From Gammaproteobacteria bacterium (GTDB lineage Bacteria; Pseudomonadota; Gammaproteobacteria; Eutrophobiales; Eutrophobiaceae), in assembly GCA_965215365.1 (NCBI GenBank), contig CBDCDS010000003.1, forward strand, positions 1,728,001 through 1,792,000: a stretch of 64,000 nt of DNA, read 5' to 3'. A program made the translations under genes and the position numbers. The notes under the pieces were generated by a model. It ran no database searches, was not told the DNA's origin, and saw only the letters and a list, made by a program, of their open reading frames with translations. Position 1 is the first letter of the stretch; each line of letters starts with the position of its first letter. This document shows, one piece after another, positions 11,696-22,429 of the stretch.

Positions 11696-13195
11696 ATGCA
11701 ACCCAAAGACGACAATGACATAATCCGCCGGCGCCGGGAGCAGTTGGCAGCCCTGCGCGCGGGCGGCAACGCCTATCCCAATGACTTTCGGCGCGATACT
11801 CTGGCCGCGCAGCTGCATGAGCGTTTCGGCGCCCTGGACCGGGAACAACTGGAGGCGGAAACGGCCACATTCAAACTGGCCGGCAGGATGCTGAACCGCC
11901 GGGTCATGGGCAAGGTTGCATTTGTCCACTTGCGCGACATGTCCGGGCAGATACAGCTGTTTCTGCAGCGCAGCACCCTCTCAGATGAGACCTATACCGC
12001 GTTCAGGCAGTGGGATACGGGTGACATCATCGCGGTGACCGGGCGCGTGTTCAGGACTAAAACCGGTGAGTTATCCATCCACGCCGACAGTCTCAGGCTG
12101 CTGACCAAGTGCTTGCGCCCACTGCCGGAGAAGTTCCACGGTCTGGCCGATCAGGAAACCCGTTATCGTCAGCGCTACCTGGACCTGATCACCAATGAAG
12201 CCACGCGCCGCACGTTCTTGGCGCGCAGTCAGATCATCAACCGGATACGCGCCTACCTGGACGAGCAGGGTTTCCTGGAAGTGGAAACGCCGATGATGCA
12301 GCCCCTCCCCGGTGGCGCCGCGGCGCGGCCATTCAGTACCCACCACAATACCCTGGATATGGAGTTGTACCTGCGCATCGCCCCGGAGTTGTACCTGAAA
12401 CGGCTGGTCGTCGGCGGCTTTGAAAAAGTCTTTGAGATCAACCGCAACTTCCGCAATGAGGGTCTGTCGCCGCAGCACAACCCCGAGTTCACCATGCTGG
12501 AGTTTTACTGGGCCTATGCCGGCTATGAAGACCTGATGGCGCTCACGGAAGACCTGCTGCGCACCTTGGCAACCGCGCTGCATGGGGACACCGTGCTGGA
12601 ATACCAGGGCGAGACCTGTGATTTCACCCGACCGTTCCAACGCCTGACGCTGGCTGAGGCTAATCTGGCCTGCAATCCACACCTCACTGCCGCCGACCTG
12701 GATGATCCGCACAAGCTGCGCGCCGTGCTCACCGAGCTGGGGGTGAAACTGCAACCCGGCTACGGCCTGGGCAAGTTACAGCTGGAACTGTTCGAGAAAA
12801 CCGCGGAGACGCAACTCAGGCAGCCCACCTTCATCACCGCTTACCCGGTGGAGGTGTCGCCGCTGTCCCGCCGCAACGACTCCCAACCGGCGTTCGCCGA
12901 GCGTTTTGAACTGTTCATCTGCGGGCGCGAGATCGCTAACGGTTTCTCTGAGCTGAACGACCCGGAGGACCAGGCCCGGCGCTTTCGCCAACAGGCCGAG
13001 GACCGTGCCGGCGGTGACCCGGAAGCCATGCGTTACGATGCCGACTATGTCACCGCCCTGGAATACGGCCTGCCGCCCACAGCCGGCGAGGGCATAGGTA
13101 TAGATCGCCTGGTCATGCTGCTCACCGATGCTCCCGCGATTCGCGATGTGATACTGTTTCCGCAACTGCGTACAAAGGCATCAGCGCGCCGCTGA
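11696..13195 (+). CDS. lysS: lysine--tRNA ligase
   Basis: [40 protein letters not shown]. Confidence 0.98.
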   Translation: MQPKDDNDIIRRRREQLAALRAGGNAYPNDFRRDTLAAQLHERFGALDREQLEAETATFKLAGRMLNRRVMGKVAFVHLRDMSGQIQLFLQRSTLSDETYTAFRQWDTGDIIAVTGRVFRTKTGELSIHADSLRLLTKCLRPLPEKFHGLADQETRYRQRYLDLITNEATRRTFLARSQIINRIRAYLDEQGFLEVETPMMQPLPGGAAARPFSTHHNTLDMELYLRIAPELYLKRLVVGGFEKVFEINRNFRNEGLSPQHNPEFTMLEFYWAYAGYEDLMALTEDLLRTLATALHGDTVLEYQGETCDFTRPFQRLTLAEANLACNPHLTAADLDDPHKLRAVLTELGVKLQPGYGLGKLQLELFEKTAETQLRQPTFITAYPVEVSPLSRRNDSQPAFAERFELFICGREIANGFSELNDPEDQARRFRQQAEDRAGGDPEAMRYDADYVTALEYGLPPTAGEGIGIDRLVMLLTDAPAIRDVILFPQLRTKASARR

Positions 13196-13254
13196 GGAGA
13201 AACTTTTCTGTACCGGCGGCGCCGATATGTATTATACTTGGCAGGCAGTCAGTC

Positions 13255-13303
13255 AAAGGCGCCATCTGAAAATGTCACGGAGGGCATTTTCAGAGGCCCC
13301 TTT
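13255..13303. repeat. family A palindrome, long form
   Basis: AAAGGCGCCATCTGAAAATGTC-ACGGAG-GGCATTTTCAGAGGCCCCTTT. Confidence 0.8.
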
Positions 13304-13361
13304 AACTAACGGCCTGAAGACGATTCATTCATGTTAACTGTGTAATCAGGAGGTATTCCAG

Positions 13362-13748
13362 ATGTCTAAAGAGACTACTTTGAAGCCCATAGCAGCAGCA
13401 TTGGGCACCACTTTTGCGGTGTCACTGACACTCAGCCCCATCACCATCGCCGCGGACAACCCGTTCGAGATGACCGAGTTGAGCCAGGGGGGGTATATGC
13501 TGGCCGGCGAACATGGAGATGGCGAGGGCAAGTGTGGCGAAGGCAAGTGCGGTGAGGGCGAGAAAGATGGTGAGGGCGAGAAGGACGGCGAGGGCAAGTG
13601 CGGTGAAGACAAAAAGGATGCCGAAGGCAAATGCGGTGAAGGAAAATGCGGTAAAGGCGAGAAGGACGGCGAGGGCAAGTGCGGTGAAGACAAAAAGGAT
13701 GCCGAAGGCAAATGCGGTGAAGGAAAATGCGGTGAAGGCGACGCCTGA
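13362..13748 (+). CDS. HvfA-like secreted RiPP precursor with 8 EGKCG repeats
   Basis: Signal-peptide-like N-terminus, DNPF..TELSQGGY motif, eight EGKCG units; SD AGGAGG; lies upstream of DUF692. Confidence 0.88.
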   Translation: MSKETTLKPIAAALGTTFAVSLTLSPITIAADNPFEMTELSQGGYMLAGEHGDGEGKCGEGKCGEGEKDGEGEKDGEGKCGEDKKDAEGKCGEGKCGKGEKDGEGKCGEDKKDAEGKCGEGKCGEGDA

Positions 13749-13827
13749 TACGGCGCTGACCCTGATACCGCACCGGAAGCTGCCAGTCCGCTGCGCTCCG
13801 GGCTTTGCTCCGGACTGACAGCCGGTC

Positions 13828-14697
13828 ATGTCCGCAACCTATCCGGTACAGGGTGCTGGTCTGGGTCTGCGACGAGCTTTTATCGGTTCGCTCGCAGACT
13901 CGGCCGCTTATCTGTCAGGGATAAACTTTATGGAAGTGGCGCCCGAGAACTGGATCGATGTGGGCGGGCGCTTCGGGCGGCGTTTCCGGCAAATCGCCGA
14001 ACAGGTCCCAATGGTATGCCACGGCCTGTCGTTGAATCTCGGCGGTCCGGCGCCTCTGGATGAGGCATTTCTTCGTAAAGTCAGACAGTTTTTAGATACA
14101 TTTAATGTTCGCTGTTACAGCGAACATTTGAGCTATTGCGCCGACGACGGCCACCTCTACGACCTGATGCCAATCCCGTTTACGGCCGAGGCGGTGCGTT
14201 ATACCGCAGCGAGGATTCGGCGTGTGCAGGATATTGTCGGGCGGCGTCTGGCCATTGAAAACGTGTCCTACTATGCTGCGCCCGGCCAGGAACTGACGGA
14301 ACTGGAGTTCCTCAACAATGTACTGGTTGAGGCCGATTGCGACCTGTTGCTGGATGTCAACAATATCTATGTCAACAGCATCAACCATCGTTATGACGCC
14401 GAGTCCTGGCTGCAGTCGTTGCCGGCGGCGCGTATTGCCTATGCCCACATCGCCGGCCATTACGTGGAGGCTGAAGATCTGCGGGTGGATACTCACGGCG
14501 CCGACGTGATCGACCCGGTCTGGCGTCTGCTGGAGACGGCTTACGATCATTTCGGTGTTTTTCCCACCTTGCTGGAGCGGGATTTCAATATTCCGCCGCT
14601 GGCTACGCTGGTACAGGAAGTTGACAAAATTCGGCAGCTGCAGTCTGAACGGGATTTCGCCTGGCGCGCCACCCCCCGTTCGTCATTCCGGGCTTGA
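13828..14697 (+). CDS. DUF692 multinuclear non-heme iron oxidase (HvfB/BufB-like)
   Basis: [54 protein letters not shown]. Confidence 0.93.
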   Translation: MSATYPVQGAGLGLRRAFIGSLADSAAYLSGINFMEVAPENWIDVGGRFGRRFRQIAEQVPMVCHGLSLNLGGPAPLDEAFLRKVRQFLDTFNVRCYSEHLSYCADDGHLYDLMPIPFTAEAVRYTAARIRRVQDIVGRRLAIENVSYYAAPGQELTELEFLNNVLVEADCDLLLDVNNIYVNSINHRYDAESWLQSLPAARIAYAHIAGHYVEAEDLRVDTHGADVIDPVWRLLETAYDHFGVFPTLLERDFNIPPLATLVQEVDKIRQLQSERDFAWRATPRSSFRA

Positions 14698-14708
14698 CCC
14701 GGAATCCA
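14682..14708. repeat. REP-like palindrome at the DUF692/DUF2063 junction
   Basis: GTCATTCCGGG-CTTGA-CCCGGAATCCA; the DUF692 stop TGA lies in the loop. Confidence 0.7.
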
Positions 14709-15506
14709 GTGAAAGAACCCTCCTTTCAGGATATCCAGTACCGGTTCACCCGGCATATTCGTGACCCGCAACGGGTGTCGGCACCGCAGGACATTGAGGA
14801 GCGGCGCATGGGCATCTATCGGGATTTGCTGTATCGCAATGTGGAGAGCTTCCTGGCGGGCAGTTTTCCGGTATTGCGTAAAACACTCAAGGATACCGAC
14901 TGGCATGAGCTGATACGGGATTATTTCAGGAGCCACCGGGCGCGCACGCCGTTATTTCCGAAAATGCCGCAGGAGTTTTTGCAATACCTGCAGAACGAAA
15001 ATGCAGCCACCGCGAAACTGTACCCGTTCCTGACGGAACTGGCCCACTATGAGTGGGTGGAACTGGCGTTATCCCTGGACGTCAGGGAGATACCGGAGCA
15101 AGGTATCGACCCGGCCGGTGAGCTGCTCTCAGGCCGGCCGGTTCTGAACGAGCTGTCCTGGTCGCTGGCGTATCACTATCCGGTGCATCGTATCGGCCCT
15201 GATTACCGGCCCGGGGAAAAGCCTGCACAACCCACCTGCCTGTTCGTTTACCGGGACCGCCAGGATAAGATCAGGTTTATCGAACTGAACTCTTTGGCCG
15301 CGCGTCTGGTCGATTGTTTGAAAGAGAATAAGGATAACAAGAGTGGTCGCGAGCTGCTCACGGACATAGCGGATGAGAGCGCACACCCGGAGCCGGAAGT
15401 TGTCGTCAGGGGAGGGAGTGCGCTACTGGAAGATATGCGCGCCAAACAAATCATCCTGGGGGTTGTGAAACATTACGCATCCGCAACCTTAGCGCATTCA
15501 ATTTGA
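14709..15506 (+). CDS. DUF2063 partner protein (HvfC/BufC-like)
   Basis: [45 protein letters not shown]. Confidence 0.9.
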   Translation: MKEPSFQDIQYRFTRHIRDPQRVSAPQDIEERRMGIYRDLLYRNVESFLAGSFPVLRKTLKDTDWHELIRDYFRSHRARTPLFPKMPQEFLQYLQNENAATAKLYPFLTELAHYEWVELALSLDVREIPEQGIDPAGELLSGRPVLNELSWSLAYHYPVHRIGPDYRPGEKPAQPTCLFVYRDRQDKIRFIELNSLAARLVDCLKENKDNKSGRELLTDIADESAHPEPEVVVRGGSALLEDMRAKQIILGVVKHYASATLAHSI

Positions 15507-16674
15507 TAAAACCTGCCGCGTCCTGCTGGTCGTAGCTGCCGGCATCGCTCTCAAAGGTGGCGATATCAGCGTTGAACAGGCTGTCGGTGTCGGATTTGCG
15601 GCCGCAGACGATGACGTTGCCTTTATACAGCTTCAGGCGCACGCGGCCGGTTACCGTAGTCTGGGTAGCGTCAATCAGCTGTTGCAGGGCCAGACGTTCC
15701 GGGCTCCACCAGTAGCCGTTGTAGATCAGTCTGGCATAGCGCGGCATCAGATCGTCTTTCAGGTGTGCCAGTTCCCGGTCTAGGGTGATGGATTCCATGG
15801 CGCGGTGGGCCTTCAGCAGTATCGTCCCGCCCGGGGTTTCGTAGCAACCGCGCGATTTCATGCCGACGTAGCGGTTCTCAACAATATCGGCGCGGCCGAT
15901 ACCATGCCGACCGCCGGTTTCGTTCAGCGCTTGCAGTAATTGCGCCGGCGCCAGGGCGACGCCGTTCAGGGCGCAGGCATCGCCGTTGCTGAAATCCAGT
16001 TCGATGAGCTCCGGCGCGTCGGGAGCCTGCTCCGGGGCCACGCTGCGGCGCCATACCGACTCGGCCGGCGGCTGCCAGGGATCTTCCAGCTCCCCACCCT
16101 CGTAGGAAATATGCAGCAGGTTGGCATCCATGGAGTAGGGTGAGCCGCCGGCCCGTTTGGCCTCAATGGGGATGTCATGTCGTTCCGCATAGGCCAGCAG
16201 CTTTTGCCGCGAATCCAGGTCCCACTCGCGCCAGGGCGCGATCACCCTGATATCCGGTTGCAGCGCGTACGCGCCCAGTTCCAGCCGTACCTGATCGTTG
16301 CCCTTGCCGGTGGCGCCGTGCGCGATGGCCTCCGCGCCCGTTGCCGCAGCCAGCTCCACCAGGCGCTTGGCCACCAGCGGCCGGGCGATGGAGGTGCCCA
16401 GCAGGTACTCACCCTCATACAAGGTATTGGCCCGGAACATGGGAAATACGAAGTCCCGCACAAACTCTTGCGTCAGGTCTTCGATGAATATTTCTGTCAC
16501 TCCCAGGTTCTCCGCCTTGGCCCGCGCCTGCTCAACCTCCTCGCCCTGACCGATATCGGCAGTGAAAGTCACCACCTCGCATTGGTAGGTGTCTTGCAGC
16601 CATTTCAGGATGACAGACGTATCCAGCCCGCCGGAATAGGCGAGCACGACTTTGTTGACCGGAGTCTTTACCAT
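15451..16674 (-). CDS. argG: argininosuccinate synthase
   Basis: [41 protein letters not shown]. Confidence 0.97.
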   Translation of the reverse strand: MVKTPVNKVVLAYSGGLDTSVILKWLQDTYQCEVVTFTADIGQGEEVEQARAKAENLGVTEIFIEDLTQEFVRDFVFPMFRANTLYEGEYLLGTSIARPLVAKRLVELAAATGAEAIAHGATGKGNDQVRLELGAYALQPDIRVIAPWREWDLDSRQKLLAYAERHDIPIEAKRAGGSPYSMDANLLHISYEGGELEDPWQPPAESVWRRSVAPEQAPDAPELIELDFSNGDACALNGVALAPAQLLQALNETGGRHGIGRADIVENRYVGMKSRGCYETPGGTILLKAHRAMESITLDRELAHLKDDLMPRYARLIYNGYWWSPERLALQQLIDATQTTVTGRVRLKLYKGNVIVCGRKSDTDSLFNADIATFESDAGSYDQQDAAGFIKLNALRLRMRNVSQPPG

Positions 16675-16760
16675 TATGTGTTGGTGTGTTAGTCTGGAAC
16701 CTGTTTCAGCGAACAGATGCAAATCTGCTTGGGAATTATATCATCACACCGGTAAAGCGC

Positions 16761-16973
16761 ATGGCTACAATGATCTCCGAAGTATATGAAGCGTTCCGCT
16801 CAGCGGGTATCCCTGATGAGCGCGCGCGCGCGGCTGCCGAGGCCCTGTCATCAGAAAATGTAGCAACCAAGCGTGATATAAACGAACTCAAGGCTACACA
16901 GAAACTGCACAGCTGGATGATCGGTTTCAACCTGGCAATCACCATGGCCATTTTCTGGAAACTTTTCAGCTGA
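16761..16973 (+). CDS. small DUF1640/CCDC90-like coiled-coil protein with C-terminal TM
   Basis: EVYEAFRSAGIPDERARAAAEAL..VATKRDINELK..LHSWMIGFNLAITMAIFWKLF. Confidence 0.7.
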   Translation: MATMISEVYEAFRSAGIPDERARAAAEALSSENVATKRDINELKATQKLHSWMIGFNLAITMAIFWKLFS

Positions 16974-16979
16974 TTCCGA

Positions 16980-18377
16980 TCAGAGTAGTATATCTCTAAT
17001 ATCCGTCAGTATCTCCCCCAGCGCCCGGGTAAATTGCGCCGCGGCAACGCCGTCGATGACGCGGTGATCATAAGACAGGGAGTAGGGCAGGATGAGTCGG
17101 GGTTCGAGCTTGCCGGCCTGATAGACCGGCTTGAGCGTGGCCCTGGCAACGCCCAGTATGGCTACTTCCGGGCAGTTGATGATGGGCGTGAAACCGACTC
17201 CGCCAATATGCCCTAAGCTGCTGATGGTGAAACACCCGCCCTCCATGTCGGCGGGCCGCAGTTTCTTGTCCCGCGCCTTTTGCGCCAGCGCGCTCAGCTC
17301 CGCCGCCAGGTCGAATACGCCCTTGAGATTGGCATCCTGCACTACCGGCACCAGCAGCCCCTGGTCGGTGTTCACCGCTACGCCGATATGAAAATAGTGT
17401 TTCAGGATCAAGTCCTTGCCGTCCGGACTTAGGGAAGCATTGAACTCCGGGAACTTTTTCAGGGCCACCACCACGGCCTTGACCAGGAAGCTGAGCAGGG
17501 TGAGCTTGACGCCACGCTGGTCAGCCTCGGTTTTTTTCGACAGGCGGAAGGCTTCCAGTTCGGTAATGTCGGTCTCGTCAAATTGCGTCACGTGGGGCAC
17601 ATTGACCCAGTTGCGATGCAGGTTCTGGCCGCCCAGCCGTTTCAGACGCACCAGAGGTTGAGTCTGCACCGGGCCGAATTTGGAAAAGTCCACCGGTGGG
17701 AGGTCTTGCAGCACCGGGCGTTCGAACACGCCGGCACCGGTCATAACCGATTGGGTGAACGCAGTCACATCTTCCTTGAGGATACGACCTTGTTTGCCGC
17801 GCCCCTTGACCAGACCCAGGTCCACGCCCAGCTCCCGGGCAAACTTGCGTACGCCCGGGCTGGCGTGGGCCTGGGCAGAGGCGCTGGAACCTGCGGTGCG
17901 GGCGCCGGCGGGGGTATTCGGTGCAGGTTTCTGTCCGGGACCCAGAACCGGTGGGGGTGGCTGCGGCGCAGTCGCGGTCGGTTTTTCTGCAAGGGGGGCG
18001 GGCGTGGCCGCTGTTGGCTTGGCTGGCGTGACCGGCTTCGGTGCGGTCATCGTATCGGGGGCAGCTGGCTCAGAGGTTTCAGTCGCCTCATCCGGTTCAG
18101 CCGCTTCGGGCGGCGTTGCAACTGCTGCTTCAGCCTGTTCCAGTTTGAGTATCGGGCTTCCTGCGGAGACACTGTCCCCGACCCTGACCATGAGCTCCAC
18201 CACCGTGCCGGCGGCCGGTGCCGGGATGTCCATGGTGGCCTTGTCCGACTCCAGGGTGAGCAAGGTGTCTTCAGGTTTTACCGTATCGCCCGGCTGAACG
18301 GCTATCTCAATGATCTCGACTGTATCGAAGTCACCGATATTTGGAATGACAATGTCACGGGTCGGCATCATGATCAT
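16980..18377 (-). CDS. aceF: pyruvate dehydrogenase E2 (single lipoyl domain)
   Basis: LESDKATMD lipoyl site, [22 protein letters not shown]. Confidence 0.96.
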   Translation of the reverse strand: MIMMPTRDIVIPNIGDFDTVEIIEIAVQPGDTVKPEDTLLTLESDKATMDIPAPAAGTVVELMVRVGDSVSAGSPILKLEQAEAAVATPPEAAEPDEATETSEPAAPDTMTAPKPVTPAKPTAATPAPLAEKPTATAPQPPPPVLGPGQKPAPNTPAGARTAGSSASAQAHASPGVRKFARELGVDLGLVKGRGKQGRILKEDVTAFTQSVMTGAGVFERPVLQDLPPVDFSKFGPVQTQPLVRLKRLGGQNLHRNWVNVPHVTQFDETDITELEAFRLSKKTEADQRGVKLTLLSFLVKAVVVALKKFPEFNASLSPDGKDLILKHYFHIGVAVNTDQGLLVPVVQDANLKGVFDLAAELSALAQKARDKKLRPADMEGGCFTISSLGHIGGVGFTPIINCPEVAILGVARATLKPVYQAGKLEPRLILPYSLSYDHRVIDGVAAAQFTRALGEILTDIRDILL

Positions 18378-21031
18378 ACCTTCACGGGGTCAGGTTTTTC
18401 CGGGTCAAGGTGATACTTGTTCATGGCCTCGGCCACTTTATCGGCGGAGATTTTACCATCGTCGGCCAGCGCCTTCAGGGCCGCGAGGGCAACATAATAC
18501 CGGTCCACTTCAAAAAACTTTCTCAGCCCGGCGCGAGTGTCGCTCCTGCCGTAGCCATCCGTACCCAACACCAGATACGGTGCCGGCACGTGGCTGCGAA
18601 TCTGGTCGGCGTACAGTTTCATGTAATCTGTGGCGGCGACTACCGGGCCGGCGCGGTCTTGCAGGCAGCGCCGCACATAGCTTTTCTTAGCGTCCTGTTG
18701 CGGGTGCAGCAGGTTCCAGCGCTCCACCTCCAGACAATCCCGGCGCAGTTCGTTAAAGCTGGTCACGCTCCAGACATCGGCGGCCACGTCAAAGTCGGCG
18801 CGCAGCAGCTCCGCCGCGCCCAGCACTTCGCGCAGGATTGCGCCCGAACCCAACAACTGTACCCGCAGGGTGCTATCGTCACCCTCGTGCAGCAGATACA
18901 TGCCTTTCAAGATCCCCTCCGTGGCATTATCCGGCAACGGCGGGTGCGTGTAGTTCTCATTCATCACGGTGATGTAGTAATACACATCCTCGTCCAGTTC
19001 ATACATGCGCCGTAACCCGTCATGGATGATCACGGCCAGCTCAAAGGCGTAAGTCGGGTCGTAAGAGATGCAGTTGGGAATAGTGGCAGCCAGCAGGTGG
19101 CTGTGGCCGTCCTGGTGTTGCAGCCCTTCCCCGGCCAGGGTCGTCCTGCCGGCGGTGCCGCCGAGGAGGAAGCCGCGCGAACGCAGATCGCCGGCTGCCC
19201 AGGCCAGATCGCCGATGCGCTGGAAACCGAACATGGAATAGAAAATGTAAAACGGTATCATTCGCACCCGGTGGTGTTTATAGGCCGTGGCCGCCGCAAT
19301 CCAGGATGAAAAGGCACCGGCTTCGGTAATGCCTTCCTGCAGGATCTGACCTTTTTGATCCTCCCGGTAATACATGACGTGGTCAATATCCACCGGCTCG
19401 TACAGCTGTCCCACCGAGGAGTAGATGCCAAGTTGCCTGAACATGCCTTCCATGCCAAAAGTGCGGGCTTCATCCGGCACAATGGGGACGATGTGCTTGC
19501 CCAGCTGGTCGTCTTTGGTCAAGGTATTGAGAATGCGTACAAAGGCCATGGTGGTGGATATTTCCCGTGTGCCAGTGCCCGCCAGCAGTTTCTCATGGAT
19601 ACCCAGGTCCGGCACCGACAGCCGCGGCGCCTCGGGCCATGGCTGTAACAGGAACCCACCGAGCTGGTCCCGTTGTGTGCGCATGTACTTTATTTCCGGG
19701 CTGTCGTCAGGTGGCTTGTAGAACGCGGCATTGGCAACGTCTGCATCGGACACCGGTATGTTGAAGCGCTGGCGGAAGGCTTTCAGTGCCTCCTCGCCCA
19801 TTTTCTTTTGCTGATGGGTAATATTCTGGCCCTCGCCGGCCTCGCCCATGCCGTAACCCTTGACGGTCTTGGCCAGGATCACCGTAGGTTGCCCCTTATG
19901 CTTAACCGCCGCGGCGTAGGCGGCATAGACCTTGTGCGGGTCATGGCCGCCGCGATTCAGGCGCCAGATATCCTCATCGGACATGTTCGCCACCAGTGCC
20001 TTGAGTTCCGGGTGTTTGCCGAAAAATTTTTCTCTCACGTAGGCGCCGCTGTTGGCCTTGTAAGCCTGGTATTCACCGTCCACCGTTTGTTCCATCACCT
20101 CGAGCAGCTTGCCGTCGGTGTCCCGGGCGATCAACGGGTCCCAATAAGACCCCCAGATAACTTTGATCACGTTCCAGCCGGCACCGCGAAATTCCGCCTC
20201 CAGCTCCTGGATGATTTTGCCGTTGCCGCGCACCGGTCCGTCCAGGCGTTGCAGGTTGCAGTTGACGACGAAGATCAGGTTATCAAGCCGCTCGCGAGCG
20301 GCCAGACCAATCGAGCCCAGCGCTTCCGGTTCGTCCATTTCCCCGTCCCCCATAAACGCCCATACCTTGCGGTCGCTGGGGGGAATCAGTTCCCGGTGTT
20401 CCAGGTAACGCATGAAGCGGGCCTGGTAAATGGCCATAAGCGAACCTAAGCCCATGGATACGGTAGGGAACTGCCAGAAATCCGGCATCAGCCAGGGATG
20501 CGGATAAGAGGACAGCCCGTCACTGTCAACCTCCTGGCGAAACTTACCAAGCTGCGCTTCGCTCAAGCGGCCATAGAGGAAGGCGCGCGCATAGACACCC
20601 GGCGCCGAGTGTCCCTGAATGAATATCAAGTCACCGTCCTGTTGCGCTGTGGCGGCGCGAAAAAAATGGTTAAAGCCCACATCATAAAGGGTTGCCGAGG
20701 AAGCAAAACTGGCGATGTGGCCGCCCAGTTCAGCACTGAAGCGGTTGGCCCTGACCACCATTGCCAGCGCGTTCCAGCGTATCAGTGAACGGATGCGCCA
20801 TTCCATGCCGGGGTCGCCCGGTGCCCGCGCTTCCCGGGCTGGCGGTATGGTGTTCAGGTAGGCGGTATTGGCCGAGTAGGGCAGGTAAGCGCCGGATTTC
20901 CGGGCCCGGGCAATCAGTTGTTCCAGCAGGTAATGGGCGCGCTCCACGCCTTCCTGGGCCATGACCGAATCCAGCGCTTCAAGCCATTCCCGGGTTTCCT
21001 GCGGATCGATGTCTGGTAGTTTGTTTTGCAT
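18374..21031 (-). CDS. aceE: pyruvate dehydrogenase E1 (homodimeric)
   Basis: [45 protein letters not shown]. Confidence 0.98.
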   Translation of the reverse strand: MQNKLPDIDPQETREWLEALDSVMAQEGVERAHYLLEQLIARARKSGAYLPYSANTAYLNTIPPAREARAPGDPGMEWRIRSLIRWNALAMVVRANRFSAELGGHIASFASSATLYDVGFNHFFRAATAQQDGDLIFIQGHSAPGVYARAFLYGRLSEAQLGKFRQEVDSDGLSSYPHPWLMPDFWQFPTVSMGLGSLMAIYQARFMRYLEHRELIPPSDRKVWAFMGDGEMDEPEALGSIGLAARERLDNLIFVVNCNLQRLDGPVRGNGKIIQELEAEFRGAGWNVIKVIWGSYWDPLIARDTDGKLLEVMEQTVDGEYQAYKANSGAYVREKFFGKHPELKALVANMSDEDIWRLNRGGHDPHKVYAAYAAAVKHKGQPTVILAKTVKGYGMGEAGEGQNITHQQKKMGEEALKAFRQRFNIPVSDADVANAAFYKPPDDSPEIKYMRTQRDQLGGFLLQPWPEAPRLSVPDLGIHEKLLAGTGTREISTTMAFVRILNTLTKDDQLGKHIVPIVPDEARTFGMEGMFRQLGIYSSVGQLYEPVDIDHVMYYREDQKGQILQEGITEAGAFSSWIAAATAYKHHRVRMIPFYIFYSMFGFQRIGDLAWAAGDLRSRGFLLGGTAGRTTLAGEGLQHQDGHSHLLAATIPNCISYDPTYAFELAVIIHDGLRRMYELDEDVYYYITVMNENYTHPPLPDNATEGILKGMYLLHEGDDSTLRVQLLGSGAILREVLGAAELLRADFDVAADVWSVTSFNELRRDCLEVERWNLLHPQQDAKKSYVRRCLQDRAGPVVAATDYMKLYADQIRSHVPAPYLVLGTDGYGRSDTRAGLRKFFEVDRYYVALAALKALADDGKISADKVAEAMNKYHLDPEKPDPVKV

Positions 21032-21076
21032 GGGTGCGTTGCCGTAGCAGATAGATTATACCCGTATCGGGCGCAG

Positions 21077-21115
21077 AAAAAAATACCGCCACCAGCGGGG
21101 AGCACCGGTGGCGGT
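21077..21115 (-). terminator. Rho-independent terminator
   Basis: ACCGCCACC stem pairs with GGTGGCGGT, followed by a U7 tract on the minus strand. Confidence 0.8.
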
Positions 21116-21212
21116 CAAAAGTGGGAGCCAGGATGCTCCCGAGGGATAGCAAAGAAGAACCTGTTCCGGAGTCGGTATCAAGCATGTACCTGATGACCTG
21201 TCAAACCAGGGT

Positions 21213-21503
21213 TTAGTTCAATGTCCCCACGCGATACAAATACCTGCCCGTGGGGTTGCGCTCAGCGACCGGCAGGCCAAGACTGCGGGCGCCGGCGGCA
21301 TTATCCGGCGCTGCCTCAGTCGGAGTAATGGCCGCATCCTCATACAGACGCCGCACGTTTTCTTCCAGTTCCTCGAAAATCTGCGTGTGCATGGCGTTAT
21401 CTAGGTAGCTGTCGAGCTCACTCGCGTGATTTTCGACACCGGTCAGGATCAACAAACCTGCAATCAAGGCAACAGCAGCAGTTTTTCTGGTAACAATACT
21501 CAT
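21213..21503 (-). CDS. hypothetical exported protein
   Basis: SD AAGGAGA; N-terminus RKTAAVALIAGLLIL..ENHA resembles a signal peptide; no recognised family. Confidence 0.6.
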   Translation of the reverse strand: MSIVTRKTAAVALIAGLLILTGVENHASELDSYLDNAMHTQIFEELEENVRRLYEDAAITPTEAAPDNAAGARSLGLPVAERNPTGRYLYRVGTLN

Positions 21504-21700
21504 GGTCACTCTCCTTTTATATGTAAGTTATCTAACTAAATATGGGCAAAAAATAAAGTTTCAAGGGCGTTGAGTAAACCTGGGCGACGGCCAGAAAATA
21601 CTGCGATAACCTGAAGTGCCCTGAATCTTTAATATTATGTTAATAATGCTCATTTAAGTTAAATAACTAACTAAAAATTAATTCAAAAAAAGTTTGTCTT

Positions 21701-22294
21701 CTATACGGCAGCCCGCGCCTGCATCAGGGAGGCCGGAACCTGTTTCTCTATCCACCCGACTACCGCTTTGAGCTGACGTTTCAGCTGCCCGGGGTCATGC
21801 AAAATATTCCCCAGCAATATGATGCCTTGCACGCGTGACACAAATTCAAACCCCAATTCCTCCGCCCGTTCCAGTCCCATGAGGCGAAACTGCTCGGTTG
21901 ACCAGTCCATAAGATATTTCATGCAACTGTCCGCGCTTTCCATAAGTTCCGGGCATTCCTCACTGAGCTCCTGGCAGAGACCACTCAGCGGGCACCCCGC
22001 TTCGGCAAGCTCCCTGCTGTGGCCAATCATCACCTTGAGCAGGTTCATCAGGGCCTCCTTTGGCTCATTGCGCCGGCAACAATTTTTCAAAGTGTGTGAC
22101 AATGACTGCTTGCGCTCCGTTACCACTGCCTTGCAAATATCCTCCTTGGTTTTGAAATAGTAATACACGTTACCCAACGGCACTTTGGCCTCTTCGGCGA
22201 TATGGGCTAGGGTAGTACGATAAAACCCCTGCCGATGAATCAAGGCGTCGGCAGCGCTTATCAAACGTTCACGTTTATCACTTAATCTAGGCAT
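21701..22294 (-). CDS. TetR/AcrR family transcriptional regulator
   Basis: HTH QGFYRTTLAHIAEEAKVPLGNVYYYFKTKED; GCPL motif. Confidence 0.92.
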   Translation of the reverse strand: MPRLSDKRERLISAADALIHRQGFYRTTLAHIAEEAKVPLGNVYYYFKTKEDICKAVVTERKQSLSHTLKNCCRRNEPKEALMNLLKVMIGHSRELAEAGCPLSGLCQELSEECPELMESADSCMKYLMDWSTEQFRLMGLERAEELGFEFVSRVQGIILLGNILHDPGQLKRQLKAVVGWIEKQVPASLMQARAAV

Positions 22295-22326
22295 AAACAG
22301 TAAGTTTGTTAGCTCAATGACTAACT

Positions 22327-22354
22327 ATTATATGAGAAAATTCTGGAATGTCAA
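22327..22354 (-). promoter_or_regulatory. consensus sigma70 promoter of tetR
   Basis: TTGACA (22354-22349), 16-bp spacer, TATAAT (22332-22327). Confidence 0.75.
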
Positions 22355-22429
22355 GTGTTTTTTGAAAAAAATCTTGTCCGGGTTCAGAAACAAGTGGGAC
22401 TCGAATAGATAAAGAAATCGGGTAGGTAA

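Noticed and set aside
13520-13740. Short repeats resembling a CRISPR array
   Set aside because: In-frame coding repeats without unique spacers; no cas genes
13346-13829. Overlapping low-complexity ORFs on other frames (SPHLPSP and HRIC repeats)
   Set aside because: Shadows of the EGKCG repeat gene
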